Notes under the pieces: generated by a model
Databases searched by the model: none
Told to the model about the DNA's origin: nothing
Seen by the model: only the letters and a program-made list of their open reading frames with translations
Shown here: piece after piece, positions 1-7,924 of the stretch
How the letters are laid out: every line of letters begins with the position of its first letter
Numbering within the stretch: the stretch's first letter is position 1
Source of the DNA: a bacterium
Lineage (GTDB): Bacteria > Zhuqueibacterota > Zhuqueibacteria > Oceanimicrobiales > Oceanimicrobiaceae
Length of the DNA stretch: 24,607 bases
NCBI GenBank assembly: GCA_046757025.1
Contig: JBHHXN010000069.1
Span: forward strand, 1-24,607
Direction: 5' to 3'
Program-made: the position numbers and the translations under genes

Positions 1-439
1 AGGGGTCCACCGCGGTGGCGACGCTTTCGCGCACGTTCGTGCGGAAGTAGCGGCGATTTACATCGAGCTGCGCGAAGGTGTTGGACTCGTTTTGACTTGT
101 TTGAGAGAAGCGCTTTTCATTGTCTGACATCTTCACAGGATTTGGCAGCTCCGTACTAAACACCGACGTTTCTCGCATAAGTAAAAAGGGCATGGCAACT
201 GTCGCAAACAAGGCAAAAATGAAAAGCAAACGGTTGAACGCCTTCAGGGGTTCTTTGCGCCAGATTTGATAGTCTAACCAGGCGGGCTTCGAATATTTAA
301 AAAATCGAAATAGATTCAAAATAGTTTTCTGAGTAGGCTGGTTTGTGTTTATTTCCATGTGACCGTTATGCTTGCCATTCGAGCGATTATTAAGGATGAC
401 TGCTGGATTTAAAATCAATTTTTGTAAGCGATTATTCAT
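1..439 (-). CDS. Partial ORF, N-terminal 146 codons, continuing beyond the window edge. Probably a membrane-anchored protein occupying the PilP/GspC/secretin position of the operon.
   Basis: I translated the minus strand by hand from the ATG at 439-437. The frame is open through base 1 and gives MNNRLQKLILNPAVILNNRSNGKHNGHMEINTNQPTQ...RLLFIFALFATVAMPFLLMRETSVF.... It contains one hydrophobic stretch (LLFIFALFATVAMPFLL). The start lies 14 nt downstream of the pilO-like stop, which suggests coupling. The ORF is absent from the supplied track because it has no stop codon inside the window. Confidence 0.35.
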   Translation of the reverse strand, partial: MNNRLQKLILNPAVILNNRSNGKHNGHMEINTNQPTQKTILNLFRFFKYSKPAWLDYQIWRKEPLKAFNRLLFIFALFATVAMPFLLMRETSVFSTELPNPVKMSDNEKRFSQTSQNESNTFAQLDVNRRYFRTNVRESVATAVDP

Positions 440-453
440 TTGATTTTTATCTG

Positions 454-990
454 TTAAATGATTATTCGAACGATCACCATTTGACACAGTAGATTTTCAC
501 TATCTCGACCTTCAGGCGTTAAATAAATGTGTTGAATTCGTGTCAAGAGGTCCTTTTTTTCAAGCCTTTCGTAAAAGGTCATCAGGTCAGCAAATCGCCC
601 AGTACACTCGATTTTAACCTGCAATTTTCTCAGGTCGGTTGCACTGCCATTGAGGCTTCGGTGTGATTTTAACTCCAAAGAGGAGATGCGGGGTTGAAAT
701 CGAACCATTAGCACTTGGGTGCCGGCAGCCGTTTGAATGTCTTTGAATAAGTTGGCCAATTCGTCCTGACCGTTATTTTCATCAAATGTCTGAATAGGGA
801 TGATATCTGACCTTTGCACTAATTTTAGCGTACTGATATATTGCTTCTGCACCTGATTTAACCTGAGAGTGCTGTTCTGCCATTTTGTGAGTAGGGGAGA
901 AATTACGATGGCTCTTAATAAAAAAATCATAGCGAATGCAATTGTGATGGTCATTAATATTTTTTCTCGAGAAGCGAATTGTCTTTTCAT
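454..990 (-). CDS. PilO/GspM-like inner-membrane platform protein (type IV pilus or T2SS assembly)
   Basis: The 178-aa product has a short N-terminal cytoplasmic segment, one TM helix (ILMTITIAFAMIFLLRAIVI) and a predicted coiled-coil periplasmic region. This is the PilO/GspM architecture. It sits immediately after the PilM-PilN gene, where pilO follows pilN in the conserved order. Confidence 0.5.
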   Translation of the reverse strand: MKRQFASREKILMTITIAFAMIFLLRAIVISPLLTKWQNSTLRLNQVQKQYISTLKLVQRSDIIPIQTFDENNGQDELANLFKDIQTAAGTQVLMVRFQPRISSLELKSHRSLNGSATDLRKLQVKIECTGRFADLMTFYERLEKKDLLTRIQHIYLTPEGRDSENLLCQMVIVRIII

Positions 991-1047
991 GATTAATCCA
1001 TGTGTTGAGTTAGGTGAAATATTTGTTCAAACAAGTTAGATGATTTT

Positions 1048-2619
1048 TCATTTTAAGGTAATCTCCATCTCAAATTCGATCGCTACCCTCTGGTTTTGCA
1101 TTTTTCGACGATTGGCTGTTGTGATTGTCACTTGTTTGATGGTCGGTTGCTGTGATAAGCTCTGGGGTATTTCAAAGACTTCTTTGAGTGCATTAGCTGT
1201 TGCGCGTAGCAATATTTTCTCACCGCGCATAAAAGTTAAAGAACTGAGCTCCACCGACGCAGGCAGCTTTACCAGTACCTGGGCAATTTGAGCCGCAGTT
1301 AATGTAGATGGTCCCAACTGCTGTTGCAGCTCTTGTTGAATGATTTGCCATTTCTTGATTAAATTGACTTCAGGATTTAGCGCAGAGATGCTTTCCTGCA
1401 TTTGCTGAATTTCTGAATGACGATTGTTTAATTCGATGTTGACTGCGATGACAGTTAATATGGCTAGGTAAAATATCAACAGGACTGAGTAACAAGTCTG
1501 ACGAATAAAATGGCGCCACCGCTGACTTTGCTGCTGCTCTTCCGAACGTAAATCCATCAAATGGTTATGGCGGGCTTTGGCCATGCCAAAAAGGGTTGAA
1601 ATTGAAAACCAGTGACGCATTGAGGCGATGTTATCTGAATTATTTGAGGCGCCGCAAGGAATCATAAGGTCGAACCAGCTAACCGGCTTATTCAAATTAT
1701 CAGTAAGCTTTTCTACCAGAGCATTAATTCGTGGAAGCCAGCCTGTAAGTACCACGTGCTCCACGCACCCATGCGAAGAATTTGATTCGAACATGGAAAG
1801 CGTTCTCTGTAATCCGACTGTTAATTCATTAATCCAGGTTTCATATATTATCGTGTGGTGCATGCCTTCCAGGCTTTTCATTAAACCGGCCACACCTTTA
1901 CCGAAACTTCTGCAATACTGAAATTGACCCTGATCGATTATGATCACGTTGACGGTTGAAAAATCGATATCCACCAAAGCCAGACATTTGTCCTCATGCT
2001 CAGGAAATGCTTTCGAGGAGATGACAAAAGAGTGGTAAATGGCTTCGACATTCAAACGAATGGCATCGATAGTCAATCCGACTTTCCGGCAAATATTGCT
2101 GTAGCGATCGATCTCTGCTTTGCGAGCTATGACTGCCAGGACCTGGGTGTAACCATCCTCTTCTTTCGCAACGACTCGGAAATCATAGACAATTTCTGCC
2201 GGTGAAATGGGAATATTTTTTTGTAATTGAAAACCGACCATTTTACGCAGTTCATCCTTGTCATGGCCTGGTAACCGCAACATTTTCACATGAACGTTCT
2301 GACGTGGAATCGAAATCGCGGCTTTAGTTCCGGGTCGTAACCGTAATTCCTGGAGAATCTCGAAGAGCACTTTTCCAATCTCTTCGTCCTGCTCGGATGA
2401 AACGTACTTGACCTTCAAGAAATGTACATGCTCCTTTTTTCCGCGTCCATCCAGCACGATGAGTTTGATCAAGTTAACATCGAATTCCACCGCCACAAAC
2501 GTGCTCGATTGCGGCAATAATTCGTACACCCAATCCCTGAACCCGTTGAAACGGTCGTTAGATTGAATATCGAGCATTGAAGTTGTTGTTACAGTCTTGG
2601 TAAGCGTTTCCATTTGCAA
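1048..2619 (-). CDS. PilM-PilN fusion protein (GspL-like). An actin-like cytoplasmic domain is fused through a single TM helix to a PilN-like periplasmic domain.
   Basis: The first ~370 aa have a PilM/FtsA-like actin fold. They are followed by a hydrophobic helix (YSVLLIFYLAILTVIAVNI) and a ~130-aa C-terminal coiled-coil/periplasmic region. The position between gspK and the pilO-like gene matches gspL. The ORF track starts at a TTG at 2619, but the ATG at 2613 (METLTK...) is the more likely start. Confidence 0.55.
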   Translation of the reverse strand: MQMETLTKTVTTTSMLDIQSNDRFNGFRDWVYELLPQSSTFVAVEFDVNLIKLIVLDGRGKKEHVHFLKVKYVSSEQDEEIGKVLFEILQELRLRPGTKAAISIPRQNVHVKMLRLPGHDKDELRKMVGFQLQKNIPISPAEIVYDFRVVAKEEDGYTQVLAVIARKAEIDRYSNICRKVGLTIDAIRLNVEAIYHSFVISSKAFPEHEDKCLALVDIDFSTVNVIIIDQGQFQYCRSFGKGVAGLMKSLEGMHHTIIYETWINELTVGLQRTLSMFESNSSHGCVEHVVLTGWLPRINALVEKLTDNLNKPVSWFDLMIPCGASNNSDNIASMRHWFSISTLFGMAKARHNHLMDLRSEEQQQSQRWRHFIRQTCYSVLLIFYLAILTVIAVNIELNNRHSEIQQMQESISALNPEVNLIKKWQIIQQELQQQLGPSTLTAAQIAQVLVKLPASVELSSLTFMRGEKILLRATANALKEVFEIPQSLSQQPTIKQVTITTANRRKMQNQRVAIEFEMEITLK

Positions 2620-2656
2620 TAGCTCACTTTTCTAAAGCGATGAATTTTCTAAACGA

Positions 2657-3673
2657 TTATTCTGACCATGCCACTATTTCTAATTCTGTTGCGCTAATGC
2701 GATTAACTGTGGCTGCAATCAATTTTTGGGCCTGGCCATTCGAAGTTTTGCCGAGTGAGTAAACAGTGAAATGAGTTGATGTTACACCGATGAGCTGTTC
2801 AGATACCAGGCGGTTAATTTGCACCTGTTCCGCTGGCGTGAGTTTCAGGTGCTTCATCAATTTTTGTAGAATGTCCGTTTCCTTTTTGAAAATCACGTCA
2901 TCTTCCGTGAATGGTGTGAAATCAGACCCCCAGCGTAACTTGCAGATTTTTTTAGCCAGTTCTGATTTTAACCCTAATGTTTGTAAAATTTTTATTGAAG
3001 TCGTGTTGAGATTGACTCCGCCATCGCCGTAAACCGTGACGAGTCCGCTGAGTCGGTGAATATCTTCGTCCGTAAATCCTTTCACCATTTTCAGCTCTTG
3101 CAAAAAATCGATGTCTGCATTTTTACAAGTGTAACGGCGTCGGTGGTTCAGATAATAGTCACTTTCCGCGCCGCCGGGTTCTGGCTCATCATCCTCATCC
3201 CGCCAATCGAGCAGTGCGGCCAATTTGTCTGCGGACATGCCCGGCAGCCGTGCGAGTATCTCTTTCGATACCCGGTTGATATTGATTTTGCGATTCTCAT
3301 CGTAAATTCCGTACACTTGATGTGGGCCGTCTGAAAGCTCAACGGTCTCATAGGTGATTTCAAAATGTCCGCCGACAAACGATACTTTTTTGAACAGTTC
3401 TGGCCTATTCGCCCAGTTCTCATCAAAGGCGTCGTACGATTGCAGAGAATCTTTGATCGCATCTGCTTTCAGGACCGCGATGGCATGCTGGATACCCGCT
3501 CTGGCCAGCCAGGCAGCTTTTACTGCTTGCAGCCTATCGTTATCCCACCGCAGGCCATGCAAAGCATGGCGCATCATGCCTGCTGAAATCAGGCTTAGCA
3601 GCGCCATCATCCACAATGCCGTGATGGACAGGCTGCCTTTCTCGTTTAAATGTAATTTAATTTTCCGTTTCAT
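2657..3673 (-). CDS. gspK: Type II secretion minor pseudopilin GspK
   Basis: The ORF track extends to 3775. The plausible start is the internal ATG at 3673 (MKRKIKLHLNEKGSLSITALWMMALLSLISAG), which gives a prepilin-like hydrophobic N-terminus and ~339 aa, the usual GspK size. This start overlaps the gspJ stop (3657-3659) by 17 nt. The gene follows gspH-I-J in the canonical order. Confidence 0.55.
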   Translation of the reverse strand: MKRKIKLHLNEKGSLSITALWMMALLSLISAGMMRHALHGLRWDNDRLQAVKAAWLARAGIQHAIAVLKADAIKDSLQSYDAFDENWANRPELFKKVSFVGGHFEITYETVELSDGPHQVYGIYDENRKININRVSKEILARLPGMSADKLAALLDWRDEDDEPEPGGAESDYYLNHRRRYTCKNADIDFLQELKMVKGFTDEDIHRLSGLVTVYGDGGVNLNTTSIKILQTLGLKSELAKKICKLRWGSDFTPFTEDDVIFKKETDILQKLMKHLKLTPAEQVQINRLVSEQLIGVTSTHFTVYSLGKTSNGQAQKLIAATVNRISATELEIVAWSE

Positions 3674-4277
3674 TTGAATTGAATTTTCCACTCGTTCGAA
3701 TCGGGTAAATGATTTCTTCGATCTCTCCAGCAAAGGCGGTGGCCATTTCGATGCGCACGGCCAAGGGTAATTCATCCGATGCGGACCAGCTGTCAGTCCA
3801 GATCGCGGTTTGATTTTGCAAATAACTGAACCGTAGTGATTTTACATTTGATAGCAGTTGTTTAGTTTTTTGCTTACCGTCCAAATTAGTGCTTGTGCGC
3901 ATGAGATTTTTCGCAGAATAGTCCGGTGCAGTTTCAAAATAGTAGCTGATGAAACGGTACCGCACCTGCCCGTTTGCATTGCAATAAGAAGCCGTAAATC
4001 GAAGAGAATCTGAATGGCCTCGGAATGAGTTTAAACGAAATGCTCGAATACTCCTGAGATCTGATTTCAGCAGCAGCCATGCCGCTGAAGATTGTATCAA
4101 AACCTCACTTTTCTGCCTGACTGCGAAGCGGGCAGCAACTGCCTTTTGCATGATTGCGACCGTGGCCAACCCGACGATGGCGAAAATAGACATGGCAGTC
4201 AGCACTTCGATGAGGGTGAAACCGTGGTCATTCGTCAAATCCGTTAGTCTGAAATAGTTTTTGATGTTTTTTCTCAT
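3657..4277 (-). CDS. gspJ: Minor pseudopilin, GspJ-like (prepilin-type N-terminal cleavage/methylation domain)
   Basis: The sequence contains the class-III signal peptide motif ...NDHG|FTLIEVLTAMSIFAIVGLATVAIM. The product is 206 aa, and the gene lies between the gspI-like and gspK genes. Confidence 0.5.
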   Translation of the reverse strand: MRKNIKNYFRLTDLTNDHGFTLIEVLTAMSIFAIVGLATVAIMQKAVAARFAVRQKSEVLIQSSAAWLLLKSDLRSIRAFRLNSFRGHSDSLRFTASYCNANGQVRYRFISYYFETAPDYSAKNLMRTSTNLDGKQKTKQLLSNVKSLRFSYLQNQTAIWTDSWSASDELPLAVRIEMATAFAGEIEEIIYPIRTSGKFNSNETEN

Positions 4278-4286
4278 TTGTTTACT

Positions 4287-4733
4287 TTAGCGTTCTTTTG
4301 CGACCGAATTGGTTTGATCGGCAGACAACAAAGTGGCAAGTGTGAGTGAGCCGTGTTTACCCCGATCAGTCCAGTCCACGGTCACCGAGACTTTGTTTAA
4401 GCCGGGCACGGCTGACCACTCCGATGTCTGTACCTGGCAATTGAAAATTTTCTGGTCGAATTTGATGAGTTTGTTTTCTGACATTAAACTTGCCGATGGC
4501 TTTAATTCTATTTTTGATAACAAGTTCTCGGCTATCTCAAGGGCGGGTCGATAATAATGCTGACGAAATTGTAAAACGTGCACCGACTTCTGGCATACCT
4601 GAATGAGGGCAATCATACCGAAAGACAGAAGTGCCAGCGCCAGCAGCGCCTCAAACAGCACAAAGCCGTTTTCAGAGGTTTTGATCGTCTGTTGAGCGCA
4701 CATCAATTTGTTCATTTTTGAATCGTATTTCAT
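4287..4733 (-). CDS. gspI: Minor pseudopilin, GspI-like
   Basis: The prepilin motif ...SENG|FVLFEALLALALLSFGMIALI is present. The product is small (about 125-148 aa depending on the start). Alternative starts exist at 4715 and 4703. The gene overlaps the 3' end of gspH, which indicates translational coupling. Confidence 0.5.
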   Translation of the reverse strand: MKYDSKMNKLMCAQQTIKTSENGFVLFEALLALALLSFGMIALIQVCQKSVHVLQFRQHYYRPALEIAENLLSKIELKPSASLMSENKLIKFDQKIFNCQVQTSEWSAVPGLNKVSVTVDWTDRGKHGSLTLATLLSADQTNSVAKER

Positions 4734-5160
4734 ATTTTCTACCTTGTTTAGTCACCAGGCTAATTGAATCCAGTGGATACATGCCATCAACTGACCAGAA
4801 AAGCACGACATCGAACGGCCGCAGTTCGAGTCCATCGATCAGCCTTTGCTTTTTCATGACTTGCCATTGTTCATGAACCGGCTCAGCCAGTTTGGTTGAA
4901 GAAATCACTTTAGTTTGCCGTTCAATGGTAAAGCCGGTTCCGTCAGACCAAATTTTAAAACGACGTTGCTGTCCCGTGAATAGGGTTTGCTCATGAATCA
5001 TTTGTAATTCTTCGGCGATGCCTTCCGCTGTGTTTTTTAATTGCATTTCCTGGTAGGAATTTGATAATCGCGGACTCATGGCTGCAATCAACAAACCTAA
5101 AATGAGCAACGTCAGGCATAATTCGATGAGAGTCAGACCACGGTCATTGTCCAGAAGCAT
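4672..5160 (-). CDS. gspH: Minor pseudopilin, GspH-like
   Basis: The ORF track extends to 5256. The ATG at 5160-5158 has a GGGAGG Shine-Dalgarno sequence 9 nt upstream (minus strand, 5175-5170). It gives the leader MLLDNDRG|LTLIELCLTLLILGLLIAA, a typical 8-aa prepilin leader. This start overlaps the gspG stop by 17 nt. Confidence 0.55.
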   Translation of the reverse strand: MLLDNDRGLTLIELCLTLLILGLLIAAMSPRLSNSYQEMQLKNTAEGIAEELQMIHEQTLFTGQQRRFKIWSDGTGFTIERQTKVISSTKLAEPVHEQWQVMKKQRLIDGLELRPFDVVLFWSVDGMYPLDSISLVTKQGRKYEIRFKNEQIDVRSTDDQNL

Positions 5161-5599
5161 CGTCATGGGCCTCCCAATTTGTGACATCGTCGTCGCCGCC
5201 TTTTTGCAGGTCCGGACCGAAAGAAACCAAATCATAACTGTCCGGATTGTTTTCACCCGGGCAGGTGTAAATGTACTCTTGTTTCCAGGGATCTTTTAAA
5301 TTGGTATTTTTTTTCAGATAGGGTCCTTGCCAGGAAACCGGTAGAGGTGGTGTGTCTGGCTTTCTAAGTAGAGCCTCTAACCCCTGCTCGGTCGTCGGGT
5401 AGATACCGTTATCTAAAAAATACAACTCTAAAGCCATGGCCAGATTGGCATTGATGTCGGCATGTGCGGCTGCCCGCCTGGCCTGTTCAGTGCGCCCGGC
5501 AAATTGCGGCACCACCAGTGCCACCAGGATGCCCAGTATGATAACCACCATCATGACCTCGATAAGTGTGAGGCCGGCTTCATTTTGCAATTTTGTCAT
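5144..5599 (-). CDS. gspG: Major pseudopilin GspG (type II secretion system protein G)
   Basis: The leader is MTKLQNEAG|LTLIEVMMVVIILGILVALVVPQF. The C-terminal signature KDPWKQEYIYTCPGENNPDSYDLVSFGPDLQKGGDDD matches the GspG hallmark (DPWGNPY.Y..PG....YDL.S.G.DG..GG.). Confidence 0.8.
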   Translation of the reverse strand: MTKLQNEAGLTLIEVMMVVIILGILVALVVPQFAGRTEQARRAAAHADINANLAMALELYFLDNGIYPTTEQGLEALLRKPDTPPLPVSWQGPYLKKNTNLKDPWKQEYIYTCPGENNPDSYDLVSFGPDLQKGGDDDVTNWEAHDDASGQ

Positions 5600-5626
5600 G
5601 ACCCAGGTCCTTTCGTTTGCATGATC

Positions 5627-7117
5627 TTACCGCACCACGATCATTCTTTTAGTTTGCTCAAAATTTTTTGTTTTTAAGCAGTAGAGATAAATGCCCGACG
5701 GCACAGGCTGTCCCGCCTCGTTTAAGCCATCCCACTTTTGATAATAAATTCCAGCCTGTTGTTCACGGCTAATCAGGGACCGCACTTTTTGCCCCAGTAA
5801 GTTAAATATTTCTAATTTCGTTAAGGCTTCAAATGGCAGCTCATATCGAATAACACTGCCTTGATTGAAAGGATTTGGATAGTTTTGTGAAAGCGAATAT
5901 TTTGCCGGCAGTGTCAGCGCTTGCGCCGAGACATCTTGTTTGTTGAATTCATCGTTTTCCCGGGCTTGACTTTGTTGCGCTGAGTTTGGAAATTTAAATT
6001 CCACTTCGTCGGATGGGGGGCTTTCTTCAAATAGAGTCGGTCCATACGCGGTTATGGCAATATAATAGGTGCTTTGCACAGATAAGCTGATTTCTTTTTC
6101 AGTGACCAAACCGACATCGATATGATGAGTATAGTTACCACTGGATAAACCGTAATGAATTCGATAGCCGGCCAGGTCCGGCTCCGTGTTTGGATTCCAG
6201 CTCACTCGCACTGTTTTAAAATCATTTTTGATTTCATGAAAAATGACTTTCCGCACTTTTAAATTCAAATCCTGATTCTTTTTTGGATTGGAATAATCAT
6301 TGGTGAACACGAAATAAAGCAACGTATCCGATTTGTTCGGTGTCATCTGTGCGAGAGACAACACCTGCCATTTGAGCGACGTGACCTGTTTTTCTTCTAA
6401 AAGATTTCGAGGGCCGTTCACTGCCAAACCGATATTCGGCCAGCGGTTAGCTGCGGTATCGGCGCTCACTTCTGCTTCGATTAAAAAACTCGAATACGGT
6501 ACAGAAGATATCGGACAGGCGATCCAGGCATTCTTTTTTTTGCCCAGACCCCAGACCACCACGTGATCATTTTCCACACTCACATTTTTTGAGAATTGCA
6601 TTTGTGCAGCAGGAATCGTGAAATATTCCTGAACAATTTTTTTAAACCGGACCGTTCGAATTCTCAAGTTGAGATCCTGCTTTTTTTTGCGTTTGTAGAA
6701 GTCGTTTGTGAAAACAAAATAAATTGAAGAGTCATTTTTATCAGGCGTAAATTGCCCTAGTGTAAGCCAGTGCCAGTCTACAGACAATACGCGTTTTTCT
6801 ACCTGCAAATTGCTGGAATCGTTAAATGCCACGGCAATATTAGGCCAGCGATTGGCGGCGGTGTCCGCGCTCACTTCCACTTCGACTGAAAAGTTCGAAA
6901 AGGGTAGGACCGCTAACGAAATAGCAATCCAGGCATACTTATTTCGTCCCATTCCCCAGATCACAACATGATCGCCTTCTGCAGTCACATTTCGAGAAAA
7001 TGTCATTTCGGATGCCGGCACAAGTAACTCCTGGTTGAGCGGTTGCCCCAGGCTAATTCTGCAAAGCGCAATCAGGATGACCAAAATTGAAATTTTCGTT
7101 AAAGTTGCTGCTAACAT
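5627..7117 (-). CDS. Secreted multidomain protein: signal peptide, two tandem copies of an unassigned ~133-aa domain, a fibronectin type III domain and a T9SS (Por) C-terminal sorting domain
   Basis: The N-terminal signal peptide is MLAATLTKISILVILIALCRISLG. The duplicated domain spans aa 33-165 and aa 168-300 and shares the motif EVSADTAANRWPNI. An FN3-like block follows (VRVSWNPNTEPDLAGYRIHYG...YYIAITAYG). The C-terminus, LSQNYPNPFNQGSVIRYELPFEALTKLEIFNLLGQKVRSLISREQQAGIYYQKWDGLNEAGQPVPSGIYLYCLKTKNFEQTKRMIVVR, fits the type-A T9SS CTD consensus (NYPNPFN..T.I.Y.L......L.IY...G..V..L......AG.......WDG.N..G..V.SG.Y.Y.L). Confidence 0.75.
   Translation of the reverse strand: MLAATLTKISILVILIALCRISLGQPLNQELLVPASEMTFSRNVTAEGDHVVIWGMGRNKYAWIAISLAVLPFSNFSVEVEVSADTAANRWPNIAVAFNDSSNLQVEKRVLSVDWHWLTLGQFTPDKNDSSIYFVFTNDFYKRKKKQDLNLRIRTVRFKKIVQEYFTIPAAQMQFSKNVSVENDHVVVWGLGKKKNAWIACPISSVPYSSFLIEAEVSADTAANRWPNIGLAVNGPRNLLEEKQVTSLKWQVLSLAQMTPNKSDTLLYFVFTNDYSNPKKNQDLNLKVRKVIFHEIKNDFKTVRVSWNPNTEPDLAGYRIHYGLSSGNYTHHIDVGLVTEKEISLSVQSTYYIAITAYGPTLFEESPPSDEVEFKFPNSAQQSQARENDEFNKQDVSAQALTLPAKYSLSQNYPNPFNQGSVIRYELPFEALTKLEIFNLLGQKVRSLISREQQAGIYYQKWDGLNEAGQPVPSGIYLYCLKTKNFEQTKRMIVVR
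6218..7021 (-). repeat. Intragenic tandem duplication (2 x ~400 bp) encoding the two paralogous domains of the T9SS-CTD protein
   Basis: Nucleotide-level similarity is visible. For example, 6436-6480 (gccagcggttagctgcggtatcggcgctcacttctgcttcgat) matches 6840-6884 (gccagcgattggcggcggtgtccgcgctcacttccacttcgac). The protein-level alignment of the two copies is about 45-50% identical. Confidence 0.7.
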
Positions 7118-7147
7118 ATTTTCACTTTTGATTTGATATGAATAAAA

Positions 7148-7924
7148 TCAAAATAAATTAACTGAACCGTTTAAGGTGTTTCCATAAATGAGCACCAATA
7201 GGGCTCCTGCACCCAGAAAAGGTCCAAATCGAATTTCCCGAGTGTGCCGGGATTCCGGCCGGATCCCCATTCGAACGCATCCAAACACTACGCCAGAAAA
7301 GGCCGCCACCATGATGGTCGTGAGTCCGAGCTGCCAACCCAGAAAGGTTCCGATCATGGCCGCAAATTTGATGTCGCCTCCGCCCATGACCTCCGGCTTT
7401 CGAAAAATAAATTCACCCAGCCGGCCACTGGCATAGAGAAATCCACCACAAAGCAACAGGCCCCAAATGGGGTCGGTCAGTTTAAGCGATGAAAGAATTC
7501 CCGCCAGTGCGACTCCGGCTGCTATACCAGTGAGGGTTATTTTATCTGGAATGATTTTATGTTCTAAATCCATATACACCCCGACAACCAGCAGCCCTGC
7601 GAATAGCCAATTCGACAAAAGGATTTTAACATCGGAGAACTGGCTAAAAAGGAGTATGAATACCAGGCCGGTGATGGTTTCCAGGATGGGATATTTTACT
7701 GAAATAGTTTTGTGACAGCAGCGACTTTTACCGTGCAATAATAAGTATCCGAACAAGGGTAATTTTTGCAGCCAGCTCAAATGAGTGCCACAATGGTCGC
7801 AATAGGAGCGACCCAGCACCACGGACTCACCGCGCGGTATTCGAAATGAACACAGCCCGGCAAAACTGCCAACGGCTATACCGATTAAAAAAGTGATTAC
7901 AAATGGAAATATTTTAAAGATCAT
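7148..7924 (-). CDS. gspO: Prepilin peptidase (A24 family, PilD/GspO)
   Basis: The product is a 258-aa polytopic membrane protein with the tetra-Cys motif CDHCGTHLSW...CCHKTIS and Asp-containing loops typical of type IV prepilin peptidases. Its start overlaps the gspF stop by 1 nt. Confidence 0.8.
   Translation of the reverse strand: MIFKIFPFVITFLIGIAVGSFAGLCSFRIPRGESVVLGRSYCDHCGTHLSWLQKLPLFGYLLLHGKSRCCHKTISVKYPILETITGLVFILLFSQFSDVKILLSNWLFAGLLVVGVYMDLEHKIIPDKITLTGIAAGVALAGILSSLKLTDPIWGLLLCGGFLYASGRLGEFIFRKPEVMGGGDIKFAAMIGTFLGWQLGLTTIMVAAFSGVVFGCVRMGIRPESRHTREIRFGPFLGAGALLVLIYGNTLNGSVNLF

Noticed and set aside
1040-1291. Small plus-strand ORFs overlapping the minus-strand secretion genes, including 1040-1291, 1628-1921, 1996-2205, 2790-3032, 3056-3334, 3354-3677, 4333-4554, 5078-5299, 5436-5677, 6333-6566, 7188-7715, 8539-8754, 8909-9094 and 9589-10124
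   Set aside because: All lie antisense to strongly supported operon genes and have no ribosome-binding sites or domains. They are typical six-frame noise.
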